From positions 1,178,001 to 1,242,000 of the forward strand of contig CATNEN010000001.1 in assembly GCA_950097015.1 (NCBI GenBank): DNA of 64,000 bases, read 5' to 3'. How positions within the stretch are numbered: the stretch's first letter is position 1; each line of letters begins with the position of its first letter. This DNA comes from Macrostomum hystrix (taxonomy: Eukaryota; Animalia; Platyhelminthes). Below, in pieces: positions 1-24,900 of this stretch. The notes under the pieces were generated by a model. It was not told the DNA's origin. It did no database searches and was given only the letters and a program-made list of their open reading frames with translations. The position numbers were made by a program, and so were the translations under genes.

Positions 1-1437
1 CAAAGCTGGCAATAGCACCTGAAGTGGAAGCGGATCCTCCCGCAGCATCAATAGAAGACGGCTCGCCGCTGCCAGCTCCACCCTGATTGAGGGCTTTGAT
101 TTGCAATTCTTGCACATTGCGCACCAGTTTGCGAGCGAAACTGAACTTCTCGTCGCGCTCGATGACATGTTTTCTAAGAAATCGACCAAAAAATGAAAAG
201 GGCCTAATGGAATGACTCGTCATCTAATTAAATAGTAAGTAGTCAACTAAACAAAGCTTACAGGTGCGACACCGATATGGTTTTGGTCAGGTTGTTCCTC
301 TGAGCTAGATTAAACGACTCACTGATGAGATTGTCAACGAATAGTTCAAGTGCTCTAGCTGCAAATAAATGTTTTGTTTGTTTAATATATAAAATATGCC
401 AATTATGTATCAGTTATAAATAATTACTAACTCACAGACAACTGGTGGAACAGTGGCTGAGACTTTTCCAACATCCTTGTCCAATTGCATAATCTTCTTG
501 ATTCGACCCTAAATAAGAAAATATATGATCAATCAGAAGCAGTTGGAAATTTAAATTTAATTATTTTACCAAATTAACCAAGTAAAAACCTTTTTTTACT
601 TCTGGTTTTTCATTGACTATATGTTGACTCATTTAGCAAAGCCAAAATTTGTGAATCTCTGGTTGAAAAAATCAGAGCATGCATAGCAAGAACAATAATA
701 TTGAAGGAAAACCATAAGTAAAAAAATAAAATAAAAGCTTGAGAAATCAATAATATTACATGAAAATATGAAAATTTGAAGGAATATTAGAAATCTAGAA
801 GAGAGTAGAATTCAATATCACAATGACAATAATATAAATATATAAATAAATATATATACGCGAATTCAAATCCATTTGAAAAATAATATCGCAAAGGAAA
901 CCTCAACATTGCCAAGTATACATATATATAGGCCCAAGCTAGCATATATATAACCTAATAATAGGCAGTCAGGAATGAGGCATATATGTTGACCAGTTTA
1001 TTCTAGCTTAAACAAGGCCCTAAGAACTCCTATTATTGTGGCCACAAGCAATTTTTGGCTGAACTGGCTTGAGGCTGAAATGGTTGTGGCCAAAAATTAT
1101 TATGGCAGAAACAACCAGTTCCTGGTCAAGACCGACTAAGATGTAGGCCCTACAATTGGGTCAACCTAATGTGGCTGCAGTCTCCAAACAAAGTATTGTA
1201 ACGAAATATTTTAGCATAGCTTTCTTCTTATTTCCTTTTTATTAAATTAAGGACTTTATAAAGCCTATGTTAAACAGAGCAAAAGTAGCTTCAACCAGTT
1301 TGCTTAATCTGCATAAACAGCATAGACATAGTTGGTAACTTAGTAGTACTAGTAGCTAGGTCTACAAAAACCAGTAACTGAGTTAGGCTACTTACAGCAG
1401 GAAAACGTGCTGAAAATTTGCCTCGCTTTAGAGGCAT
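1..1437 (-). CDS. DRAP1: Dr1-associated corepressor / NC2 alpha (histone fold), 3' end runs off window
   Basis: Exons 1437-1396 (MPLKRGKFSARFPA), 508-436 (GRIKKIMQLDKDVGKVSATVPPVVS), 358-262 (RALELFVDNLISESFNLAQRNNLTKTISVSHL) and 173-<1 (KHVIERDEKFSF...). All introns are GT-AG and phase-compatible. Matches the DRAP1 pattern ARFP.ARIKKIMQ.D..IGKV...VP...SRALELF. Confidence 0.92.
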
Positions 1438-3188
1438 TTTGTCTGTTTAATTAGAGCCCTTGAACTGATATAAATAAGTTAGAAATATACTAATTCAACT
1501 TGGCCCTAACACACACTTATTTTGATAATAAACAATACGAATTAGCGTTTCGAGTCTTGTTTCAATTTCTACCTTTTCCAGAACGATGGAAAGGTATAAA
1601 TTAGAAACAACACAGATTTACTGTCTTGCAAGTTAACTAATAAGAAGCTATTTTGACATTTCAAGCTTTTTTTAATTGACTAAAAGCTGAGTAAAGTGAA
1701 TTCTTGAGAACGAGACCAGATCATATGTATAGATCAATATGACTTAAATTACACATTATAAGAAAAGGCAGCAGTATGAATTATAACAAATTGCAAGGTG
1801 TTTAAAATTCGCTATTGATATTAAGACTAGGCAGTTTCAAATAGGCAACAAATTTTATATTTGACGCATAATAATACTTCACATGGATGACACCTAGCAT
1901 AGAAAAAAATTTGGATCTCATAGTTTTACAGTTTTCTAACCTGGCACACTCTCAATGAAAAAGCAGATATCTAAAGACGAGACAGTTCAATTTGTCGTAT
2001 AAAATTTAAAGTATTTAGCGAGATGCATAGGTGGAAATTTTAGGATTAATTTTTTAGAAAAGCATGCATATCGAATTACAATAGTTACATGGACAACTGA
2101 AGTAGTATATAACGTAAACTTTAGTTGTCCTTGAGTAGTTATCGCAGCGCGTGCATTTATTATTGCATATACTGTAATGCATTAATAATAGTTTCAATTT
2201 AAAGACATATCAACAGTGATATTCATGCATAAACGAAAATCGGAGTGCACAAGCAATTATATATGATCAAATTATACCAAATACTAAATATTTGCTAATA
2301 AAAGTCGGTAATACCTGAGTTAGTTATAAGGACCACTTAGCGACGAGTAAGTTAGTATTTTTACATTAAAAGTTTACAGGTACAGCAGATGGGCACTCGG
2401 ACTCAGCAACGCCAATGCGCATAGGCTAACCCACTCTCTCTCGATCACTCTACTCTACTCACGTTATGACAATAAATTTCCGCATGTCTATTAGCCGACT
2501 AGTAGAAGACTATTTTCAATAGACTTTTCAGGGCGTCAAATATTCTCAGAAAAAAGGGAATTAAAATTCAAAATGGTATTTCTGGCTTCTCTGAATTTGA
2601 AACTGCCATCAGCATATTTTTTTATAGACGTCTGGAAGAAGTGTGCATACTTGTAGCTGTACATGTAACTTATAATTATTTCTGTTAAAGTTTACCTGTT
2701 GCAGCTCTCTAGATGCAATGCGCGTATAATTTCACTAAATGGCAAACTCACGTGCTGCAAGCGTGGGCACAGAAAGTCTAAAGATTCAAAGAGTACTTTA
2801 ATAATAATACTGGATACAAAATGTTATAGTATAAACAGTAAGAAAAAAATAATAAAGTGACTATTCTGTCCTTCAGTCAGCAGTCTCTCTGTCTCCCACT
2901 CTGTGACCGCGTGAAACAGTACAGAGCCACCCTTTAGATTTCTGTTCTATAAATAAAGATCTTATCTGCAGATTTTTACCCTTCTATTATTAAAGTTTTT
3001 TCTCTTCAACTCTGCATTTACGTTTCACAGTCGTCAGCCAACCACGACGCGGCTTGGACCCTACACTATAGCTCCACCCCAAAAAACAAGCACGGAAAGG
3101 AATATTTAATCTTCTGGACGCAAGCTATACGCATACTACGACAATATACGCTTTTCAAAGCTCCGATTTAGACTCCCATAAAATAGTG

Positions 3189-6100
3189 ATGACTACCAAC
3201 TGTGCGCAGCAGCAGTATCGCGATGGTCTAATCATTGTATTCGATGATGCGCACTGGATTGCTGATACTGTCGGACATTTGGAGCGCCTCTCGCCGGGCC
3301 TGCCAGTCACTTACTGGCAGGCCGCTGAGATGGCCATAGACATCGAGTCGGAGCCGCCGAATGCTCTATACTTTGCCTTCTGTTCGGCTTCGGCGGCGCA
3401 GAGACAGGCGCCGAACTCATTTGAAGCGTTTCGAGTCATCCTTGGTTGGCTGTCCGCTTGGGGCCGGCGAATTGTCAACGGCGCCCTCATGGAGATGGAG
3501 GGAAGCAAGGCTGAGCAGATTCGACTAGTAAGAACCATTGCTTTATAACAGCATTGCTTTAGCTGAGGACAATGCTTCTCAATTGGCCAGTCATTTCTTG
3601 GAAATCATTGTGGAATTGTGGAACTATTTTCCACTTTTTTGTTTAGTATGATCTCAAATTCTCGTCTTAGTATGATATGATCCCAGATTCTGTCAAAGTA
3701 TGATCCCAGATTCTGTCATAGCATGATTCCAGATTCTTGTCTTTATATGATCCCAGATTCTGTCATAGCGTCATCCCAGATTCTGTCATAGTATGATCCC
3801 AGATTCTTGTCATCGGTATGATCTCAGATTCTTGTCATAGTATGATCCCAGATTCTTGTCATAGCATGATCCCAGATTCTTGTCATAGCGTCATCCCAGA
3901 TTCATGTCATAGCATGATCCCAGATTCTTGTCATAGCGTCATCCCAGATTCATGTCATAGCATGATCCCAGATTCTTGTCATAGCATGATCCCAGATTCT
4001 TGTCATAGCATGATCTCAAATTCTTGTCATAGCATGATCCCAGATTCTTGTCATAGCATGATCCCAGATTCTTGTCATAGCGTCATCCCAGATTCATGTC
4101 ATAGCATGATCCCAGATTCTTGTCATAGCATGATCCCAGATTCTTGTCATAGCGTCATCCCAGATTCATGTCATAGCATGATCCCAGATTCTTGTCATAG
4201 CATGATCCCAGATTCTTGTCATAGCATGATCCCAGATTCTTGTCATAGTATGATCCCAGATTCTTGTCATAGCATGATCTCAGATTCTTGTCATAGCATG
4301 ATCCCAGATTCTTGTCATAGTATGATCTCAGATTCTTGTCATAGTATGATCCCAGATTCTTGTCATAGCGTCATCCCAGATTCATGTCATAGTATGATCC
4401 CAGATTCTTGTCATAGCATGATCCCAGATTCTTGTCATAGCATGATCCCAGATTCTTGTCATAGTATTATCTCAGATTCTTGTCATCGGTATGATCTCAG
4501 ATTCTTGTCATAGTATGATCCCAGATTCTTGTCATAGCATGATCCCAGATTCTTGTCATAGCATGATCCCAGATTCATGTCATAGCATGATCTCAGATTC
4601 TTGTCATAGTATGATCTCAGATTCTTGTCATAGTATGATCTCAGATTCTTGTCATAGCATGATCCCAGATTCTTGTCATAGCGTCATCCCGGATTCTTCT
4701 CATAGCATGATCCCAGATTCTTGTCAGAGCATGATCCCAGATTCTTGTCATAGCATGATCTCAGATTCTTGTCATAGTATGATCCCAGATTCTTGTCATA
4801 GCATGATCCCAGATTCTTGTCATAGCATCATCCCAGATTCTTGTCATAGTATGATCCCAGATTCTTGTCATAGCATCATCCCAGATTCTTGTCATAGCAT
4901 GATCCCAGATTCTTGAATAGCGTCAGGCTGAAGTAATTAGCGAACTTTCATAAAATCAAAGTCCAGCAATTATCTTATATAAAAGTACAACAATTGCTGG
5001 TCACAACGCAGTCAGTCAGCCAAGTAGAGCGTGACCTCAAATGCCGTCTGAACCCTTAAAACTGTGCACCTTTTTACCGTCTTATCTTGGTACAATTAGA
5101 TAGTTTAGATAACGAAATACGTAGCTAATACGTTTGTTGGCGCGTTGTAAACTGATAACAGATACAGGTCAGGGCTTAGAACTATTAGCTATGCTAATAA
5201 AAATATGTTATCGGAAAAAGCTGTTTGAATTAAGAAAACCTGTTCAGAACTTAAAAATGAGTAGGATCCGTAAATTAAAATATAAACTTGACACTTTGCA
5301 CTAACTTGCTGTAAAAAATGCACTTGAAATTTCATAATTTACAGTTTTTGTGGTGGATGGCCATATTATATTTCACTGTCTAACAGGTGATGTTCCCCTG
5401 TCTAACAGTTGATGTTCCCCTGTCTAACAGGTGATGTTCCCCTGTCTAACAGTTGATGTTCCCCTGTCTAACTGGTGATGTTCCCCTGTCTAACAGGTGA
5501 TGTTCCCCTGTCTAACAGGTGATGTTCCCCTGTCTAACAGTTGATGTTCCCCTGTCTAACAGTTGATGTTCCCCTGTCTAACAGGTGATGTTCCTCTGTC
5601 TAACAGGTGATGTTCCCTTGTCTAACAGGTGATGTTCCCCTGTCTAACAGGTGATGTTCCCCTGTCTAACAGGTGATGTTCCCCTGTCTAACAGTTGATG
5701 TTCCCCTGTCTAACAGTTGATGTTCCTCTGTCTAACAGGTGATGTTCCCTTGTCTAACAGGTGATGTTCCCCTGTCTAACAGGTGATGTTCCCCTGTCTA
5801 ACAGTTGATGTTCCCCTGTCTAACAGTTGATGTTCCCCTGTCTAACAGTTGATGTTCTAACAGGTGTGACAGGTGGTACCCAAGTCTAGGTGCAACTATA
5901 GCCCTCGAAAACGCCCAATTAACAATGCAGTGCCGAAAGGTTGGCCTACCCGTGCCGCGAACCCTGATTGGAACATCCGGCACGAAGGTGTCAGCTCTGA
6001 AGGTCGCCAAAGTGACCGAACCGTTCATTCTCAAACCGGATCGCGGAGGTTCGGGCACCGGTGTTCGCCTATTCGACAGCGCCGATCAGTTTGAAACGCA

Positions 6101-6886
6101 GCGTTCGACCTATTTCATAGAAAATCCGTGCCCCACTGGTTTGTACCTGTTCCAGGAATACCTGGACAGACAATGCGGATTTTACAGGGCCGAATTCGTT
6201 GGTAGAAACTTTCTCTACCTGGCTGAGATACTGGTAAGGATTAACGGGATATATAGGATTACTGAATCCAGAACTTATCGGATTATCGTTTACTCGAATT
6301 ATTCGATTATTTACTATAGAGATTATCAATTCTAGAATAATTGGATTATCGATTCTAAAACTGATAGATTATCGATTACAGAATCTATGTATTACCGGAG
6401 GATCCTATTTTATAGAAGCTGAAGTACATTACTTAATAAATAGTAAATATTTAGTTCAACTGTCTCTCAACCACAGGTGGACCCGGAAACTCCTGGCTTC
6501 AACATGTGTCCCTGCGCCAACAAGGTCCAGAATTACCGACTGTCGCGCAATTTCGACCATCCGATTCGTCACCAAATGGAAGCATTCATCAGCGTGAGTG
6601 AAGAGAGTTGTTTAAACTCAGTGGATATTTTGGTGAATGAAAGGGTACTTTGCGAGTCCATACGGGCTGACAGTGGATCGTTCTACCTATCCGCTACCCA
6701 CAGACATTTGACGCAGAGAACATCGCCTTCGAATTCATTCTAAACGCCGCTGGCGACGCTTTTGTGATTGACATCAACAGCAACACATCTTTCAACGTGC
6801 AGGCCGAGCGCTACTATGGCATGCCGTCTGGGTTTGAGTCGGTTGCTAATTACCTACTGCAGGAGCTGGGCTGCTCAGAGTCCTGA
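3189..6886 (+). CDS. RimK-like ATP-grasp ligase (alpha-L-glutamate ligase-like), ~313 aa
   Basis: Exons 3189-3527, 5931-6233, 6477-6593 and 6704-6886, separated by three phase-0 GT-AG introns. Motifs: RRIVNG...SKAEQ...GLPVPRT, FILKPDRGGSGTGV, LFQEYL, RAEFVG, AFEFI...IDINSN (ATP-grasp metal/ATP residues). Confidence 0.85.
3648..4916. repeat. 24-bp minisatellite (ATGATCCCAGATTCTTGTCATAGC)n, ~50 copies, intron 1 of the ATP-grasp gene
   Basis: Tandem array read directly from the sequence. Confidence 0.97.
5376..5866. repeat. 22-bp minisatellite (TGTCTAACAG[G/T]TGATGTTCCCC)n, ~22 copies, intron 1 of the ATP-grasp gene
   Basis: Tandem array read directly from the sequence. Confidence 0.97.
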
Positions 6887-6936
6887 CTATCTCTAGTCTA
6901 ATTGCTGGACAATGTTGATTATATGTGTACATGCCA

Positions 6937-7195
6937 GCGGCACTTCAAAGGATAAGATGGGGTGGTTGATTGGCTAGCGGCACATCAAAGGATCTGATTA
7001 GGAGGGTTGATTGGCTAGCGGCACATCAAAGGATCTGATTAGGGGGTTGATTTGCTAGCGGCACATCAAAGGATCTGATTAGGGGGGTTGATTGGCTAGC
7101 GGCGCATCAAAGGATCTGGTTAGGAGGGTTGATTGGCTAGCGGCACATCAAAGGATCTGATTAGGGGGGTTGATTGGCTAGCGGCATATCAAAGG
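6937..7195. repeat. 40-41-bp tandem repeat (GCGGCACATCAAAGGATCTGATTAGGGGGGTTGATTGGCTA), ~6 copies, just 3' of the ATP-grasp stop
   Basis: Units start at about 6977, 7018 and 7058, continuing at the same period. Confidence 0.93.
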
Positions 7196-7928
7196 ACACG
7201 GTTAGAAGGCTAAAACGAACGTTTGCCGCACATTATACAATGTGAAACTTTGCGCTGCCTGAAAAATGTCCCTTTTATCCAATTATTTTTACTTCATTGG
7301 TACATCCCTTTGGATTCTATTGTTCTATGCAATTTTTTAATACGAGTAAATGAAGCTTTTCCATATTTGAGAAAAAAGTGGCTTAATTAAAATATTTATT
7401 CTACAGGCCCGTAATATACGATTGTAATAATGACTGCCTCTTGCTAAAAAATAACTGCAATAAATTAACTCAATTTTGACTTGAGCAATCAGCAAAAGTG
7501 CAAATTAACTTAGGTGAACTAAATACACCTTCCTCAATAGATTTTTGCTTTTTCTCGACATTAAAAGTGTTTGGTTTTCACTTTAAAAACATCGATTTAT
7601 CATAATTGGCGCCAAATCAAAAGCAAAAAAGTGTTGTTGATTGACAAGATAATTAGCTAGCGAAGTTTTCTGGATACATAGTGACTAACGTCAATTAAAC
7701 TTACCATTTTCAGGTAGTCAATACCCTAACTAACTTTCAGCTGAATATGCGGGGTTAATTTAAAATTAGAAAAACTGCAACGAAAATAAAAAGCCAGCAA
7801 ATTGCGAAAACAAATTTTATGGGAAATGAAATAAATTTTACAAGGACTGAATGACTTTGATTTCACAAGAACGAAAATGAAATTTTGCATCGGTTGCAGA
7901 ATTCAATGAATCATCAACAACTCGATCC

Positions 7929-9700
7929 GATCCTTCAGTTCCTTCCCCTGATCCTTCAGTTCCTTCCCCTCATCCTTCAGTTCCTTCTCCCCATCCTTCA
8001 GTTCCTTCCCTTGATCCTTCAGTTCCTTCCCCTGATCCTTCAGTTCCTTCCCCTCATCCTTCAGTTCCTTCCGCTGATCCTTCAGTTCCTTCCCCTCATC
8101 CTTCAGTTCCTTCTCCTCATCCTTCAGTTCCTTCCCTTGATCCTTCAGTTCCTTCCCCTGATCCTTCAGTTCCTTCCCCTCATCCTTCAGTTCCTTCTCC
8201 TCATCCTTCAGTTCCTTCCCTTGATCCTTCAGTTCCTTCCCCTGATCCTTCAGTTCCTTCCCCTCATCCTTCAGTTCCTTCTCCTCATCCTTCAGTTCCT
8301 TCCGCTGATCCTTCAGTTCCTTCCCCTCATCCTTCAGTTCCTTCTCCTCATCCTTCAGTTCCTTCCCTTGATCCTTCAGTTCCTTCCCCTGATCCTTCAG
8401 TTCCTTCCCCTCATCCTTCAGTTCCTTCTCCTCATCCTTCAGTTCCTTCCCTTGATCCTTCAGTTCCTTCCCCTGATCCTTCAGTTCCTTCCCCTCATCC
8501 TTCAGTTCCTTCTCCTCATCCTTCAGTTCCTTCCGCTGATCCTTCAGTTCCTTCCCTTGATCCTTCAGTTCCTTCCCCTCATCCTTCAGTTCCTTCTCCT
8601 CATCCTTCAGTTCCTTCCGCTGATCCTTCAGTTCCTTCCCTTGATCCTTCAGTTCCTTCCCCTCATCCTTCAGTTCCTTCCCTTGATCCTTCAGTTCCTT
8701 CCCCTCATCCTTCAGTTCCTTCCCCTCATCCTTCAGTTCCTTCTCCTCATCCTTCAGTTCCTTCCGCTGATCCTTCAGTTCCTTCCCCTCATCCTTCAGT
8801 TCCTTCTCCTCATCCTTCAGTTCCTTCCCTTGATCCTTCAGTTCCTTCTCCTCATCCTTCAGTTCCTTCCCTTGATCCTTCAGTTCCTTCCCCTCATCCT
8901 TCAGTTCCTTCTCCTCATCCTTCAGTTCCTTCCCCTCATCCTTCAGTTCCTTCTCCTCATCCTTCAGTTCCTTCCCTTGATCCTTCAGTTCCTTCCCCTG
9001 ATCCTTCAGTTCCTTCCCCTCATCCTTCAGTTCCTTCCGCTGATCCTTCAGTTCCTTCCCCTCATCCTTCAGTTCCTTCTCCTCATCCTTCAGTTCCTTC
9101 CCTTGATCCTTCAGTTCCTTCCCCTGATCCTTCAGTTCCTTCCCCTCATCCTTCAGTTCCTTCTCCTCATCCTTCAGTTCCTTCCCTTGATCCTTCAGTT
9201 CCTTCCCCTGATCCTTCAGTTCCTTCCCCTCATCCTTCAGTTCCTTCTCCTCATCCTTCAGTTCCTTCCGCTGATCCTTCAGTTCCTTCCCCTCATCCTT
9301 CAGTTCCTTCTCCTCATCCTTCAGTTCCTTCCCTTGATCCTTCAGTTCCTTCCCCTGATCCTTCAGTTCCTTCCCCTCATCCTTCAGTTCCTTCTCCTCA
9401 TCCTTCAGTTCCTTCCCTTGATCCTTCAGTTCCTTCCCCTGATCCTTCAGTTCCTTCCCCTCATCCTTCAGTTCCTTCTCCTCATCCTTCAGTTCCTTCC
9501 GCTGATCCTTCAGTTCCTTCCCTTGATCCTTCAGTTCCTTCCCCTCATCCTTCAGTTCCTCCCCTGATCCTTCAGTTTCTTCCCCTAATCCTTCAGTTCC
9601 TTCCCTTGATCCTTCAGTTCCTTCCCCTGATCCTTCAGTTCCTTCCCTTGATCCTTCAGTTCCTTCCCCTGATCCTTCAGTTCCTTCCCCTCATCCTTCA
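7929..9700. repeat. 21-bp minisatellite (ATCCTTCAGTTCCTTCCCCTC)n, ~84 copies, starting right after the tyrosinase stop (probable 3' UTR)
   Basis: Tandem array read directly from the sequence. Confidence 0.97.
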
Positions 9701-9705
9701 GGCCG

Positions 9706-21592
<11,887 letters not shown>

Positions 21593-21964
21593 TGGAAAGT
21601 GAGGTAAATTCAGGTGTTTTGATTTAGATTTTTAACACGATTTTCGAAGCATTTTCAGCCATTTATACCAATAGTATCTGGCCGCGGCAGTCTGGGATAT
21701 CATTACAGATTTAACAGCCAACCTGTCAGGGGAACCAGTATACGGCTGGACATTGTGTGACACATCATTTGACCAATTATGGTGATCGATAATTAAAGGC
21801 TCAAATTATCGGATAGTTTGAAATGATAATTATTGACTGTTCGGTGCGTCTCTTTACTCGGACTTCGTAATTCAGACCGAAGTGAGCGACAGTTGATTAC
21901 AGCGAGACTAATAAAAATAAATACGAGCTTGACAGAACAGAAAATTAGTGAGGAAAAAGGAAAG

Positions 21965-24900
21965 AAGGAGAGTAAGGGGGAGAGGAAAGAGAGTGAGGGG
22001 AGAGGAAAGAGAGTGAGTGGAGAGAAAGAAGAGTGAGGGGGACAGGAAAGAGACTGAGGGGGAGAAGAAAGAGAGTGAGGGGAGAAGAAAGAGAGTGAGG
22101 GGAGAGGAAAGAGAGTGAGGGGAGAGGAAAGAGGGTGAGGGGAGAGGAAGGAGAGTAAGGGGGAGAGGAAAGAGACTGAGGGGGAGAAGAAAGAGAGTGA
22201 GGGGAGAAGAAAGAGAGTGAGGGGAGAGGAAAGAGAGTGAGGGGAGAGGAAAGAGGGTGAGGGGAGAGGAAGGAGAGTAAGGGGAGAGGAAGGAGAGTGA
22301 GGGGAGAGAAAAGAGAGTGAGGGAGAGGATGGAGAGTGAGGGGCTAGAGGAAGGAGAGTGAGGGGCTAGAGGAAGGAGAGTGAGGGGAGAGGAAAGAGAC
22401 TGATGGGGAGAGGAAAGAGAGTGAGGGGAGAGGAAAGAGAGTGAGGGGAGAGGAAAGAGGGTGAGGGGAGAGGAAGGAGAGTAAGGGGAGAGAGGAAGGA
22501 GAGTGAGGGGAGAGAAAAGAGAGTGAGGATGGAGAGTGAGGGGCTAGAGGAAGGAGAGTGAGGGGCTAGAGGAAGGAGAGTGAGGGGAGAGGAAAGAGAC
22601 TGATGGGGAGAGGAAAGAGAGTGAGGGGAGAGGAAAGAGAGTGAGGGGAGAGGAAAGAGGGTGAGGGGAGAGGAAGGAGAGTAAGGGGAGAGAGGAAGGA
22701 GAGTGAGGGGAGAGAAAAGAGAGTGAGGGAGAGGATGGAGAGTGAGGGGCTAGAGGAAGGAGAGTGAGGGGCTAGAGGATGGAGAGTGAGTGGAGAGAAA
22801 GAGTGAGGGGGAGTGAGGGGCTAGAGGAAGGAGAGTGAGGGGCTAGAGGAAGGAGAGTGAGGGGCTAGAGGAAGGAGAGTGAGGGGCTAGAGGATGGAGA
22901 GTGAGTGGAGAGAAAGAGTGAGGGGGAGTGAGGGGCTAGAGGAAGGAGAGTGAGGGGCTAGAGGAAGGAGAGTGAGGGGCTAGAGGAAGGAGAGTGAGGG
23001 GAGAGGAAAGAGACTGATGGGGAGAGTAAAGAGAGTGAGGGGAGAGGAAAGAGAGTGAGGGGAGAGGAAAGAGAGTGAGGGGAGAGGAAAGAGAGTGAGG
23101 GGAGAGGAAGGAGAGTGAGGGGAGAGGAAGGAGAGCGAGGGGAGAGGAAGGAGAGTGAGGGGAGAGGAAGGAGAGTGAAGGGAGAGGAAGGAGAGTGAGG
23201 GGAGAGGAAAGAGACTGATGGGGAGAGGAAAGAGAGTGAGGGGAGAGGAAAGAGAGTGAGGGGACAGGAAAGAGACTGAGGGGGAGAAGAAAGAGAGTGA
23301 GGGGAGAAGAAAGAGAGTGAGGGGAGAGGAAAGAGAGTGAGGGGAGAGGAAAGAGGGTGAGGGGAGAGGAAGGAGAGTAAGGGGGAGAGGAAAGAGACTG
23401 AGGGGGAGAAGAAAGAGAGTGAGGGGAGAAGAAAGAGAGTGAGGGGAGAGGAAAGAGAGTGAGGGGAGAGGAAAGAGGGTGAGGGGAGAGGAAGGAGAGT
23501 AAGGGGAGAGGAAGGAGAGTGAGGGGAGAGAAAAGAGAGTGAGGGAGAGGATGGAGAGTGAGGGGCTAGAGGAAGGAGAGTGAGGGGCTAGAGGAAGGAG
23601 AGTGAGGGGAGAGGAAAGAGACTGATGGGGAGAGGAAAGAGAGTGAGGGGAGAGGAAAGAGAGTGAGGGGAGAGGAAAGAGGGTGAGGGGAGAGGAAGGA
23701 GAGTAAGGGGAGAGAGGAAGGAGAGTGAGGGGAGAGAAAAGAGAGTGAGGGAGAGGATGGAGAGTGAGGGGCTAGAGGAAGGAGAGTGAGGGGCTAGAGG
23801 AAGGAGAGTGAGGGGAGAGGAAAGAGACTGATGGGGAGAGGAAAGAGAGTGAGGGGAGAGGAAAGAGAGTGAGGGGAGAGGAAAGAGGGTGAGGGGAGAG
23901 GAAGGAGAGTAAGGGGAGAGAGGAAGGAGAGTGAGGGAAGAGAAAAGAGAGTGAGGGAGAGGATGGAGAGTGAGGGGCTAGAGGAAGGAGAGTGAGGGGC
24001 TAGAGGATGGAGAGTGAGGGGCTAGAGGAAGGAGAGTGAGGGGCTAGAGGAAGGAGAGTGAGGGGCTAGAGGAAGGAGAGTGAGGGGAGAGGAAAGAGAC
24101 TGATGGGGAGAAGAAAGAGAGTGAGGGGAGAGGAAAGAGAGTGAGGGGAGAGGAAAGAGGGTGAGGGGAGAGGAAGGAGAGTAAGGGGAGAGAGGAAGGA
24201 GAGTGAGGGGAGAGAAAAGAGAGTGAGGGAGAGGATGGAGAGTGAGGGGCTAGAGGAAGGAGAGTGAGGGGCTAGAGGATGGAGAGTGAGGGGCTAGAGG
24301 AAGGAGAGTGAGGGGCTAGAGGAAGGAGAGTGAGGGGCTAGAGGAAGGAGAGTGAGGGGAGAGGAAAGAGACTGATGGGGAGAGGAAAGAGAGTGAGGGG
24401 AGAGGAAAGAGAGTGAGGGGAGAGGAAAGAGAGTGAGGGGAGAGGAAGGAGAGTGAGGGGAGAGGAAAGAGAGTGAGGGGAGAGGAAGGAGAGTGAGGGG
24501 AGAGGAAGGAGAGTGAGGGGAGAGGAAGGAGAGTGAGGGGAGAGGAAGGAGAGTGAGGGGAGAGGAAGGAGAGTGAGGGGAGAGGAAGGAGAGTGAGGGG
24601 CTAGAGGAAGGAGAGTGAGGGGAGAGGAAAGAGACTGATGGGGAGAGGAAAGAGAGTGAGGGGAGAGGAAAGAGAGTGAGGTGAGAGGAAAGAGGGTGAG
24701 GGGAGAGGAAGGAGAGTAAGGGGAGAGAGGAAGGAGAGTGAGGGGAGAGAAAAGAGAGTGAGGGAGAGGATGGAGAGTGAGGGGCTAGAGGAAGGAGAGT
24801 GAGGGGCTAGAGGATGGAGAGTGAGGGGCTAGAGGAAGGAGAGTGAGGGGCTAGAGGAAGGAGAGTGAGGGGCTAGAGGAAGGAGAGTGAGGGGAGAGGA

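Noticed and set aside
3818-4916. ORFs of (MIPDSCHS)n
   Set aside because: Translation of an intronic 24-bp minisatellite, with frameshifts and no unique domain.
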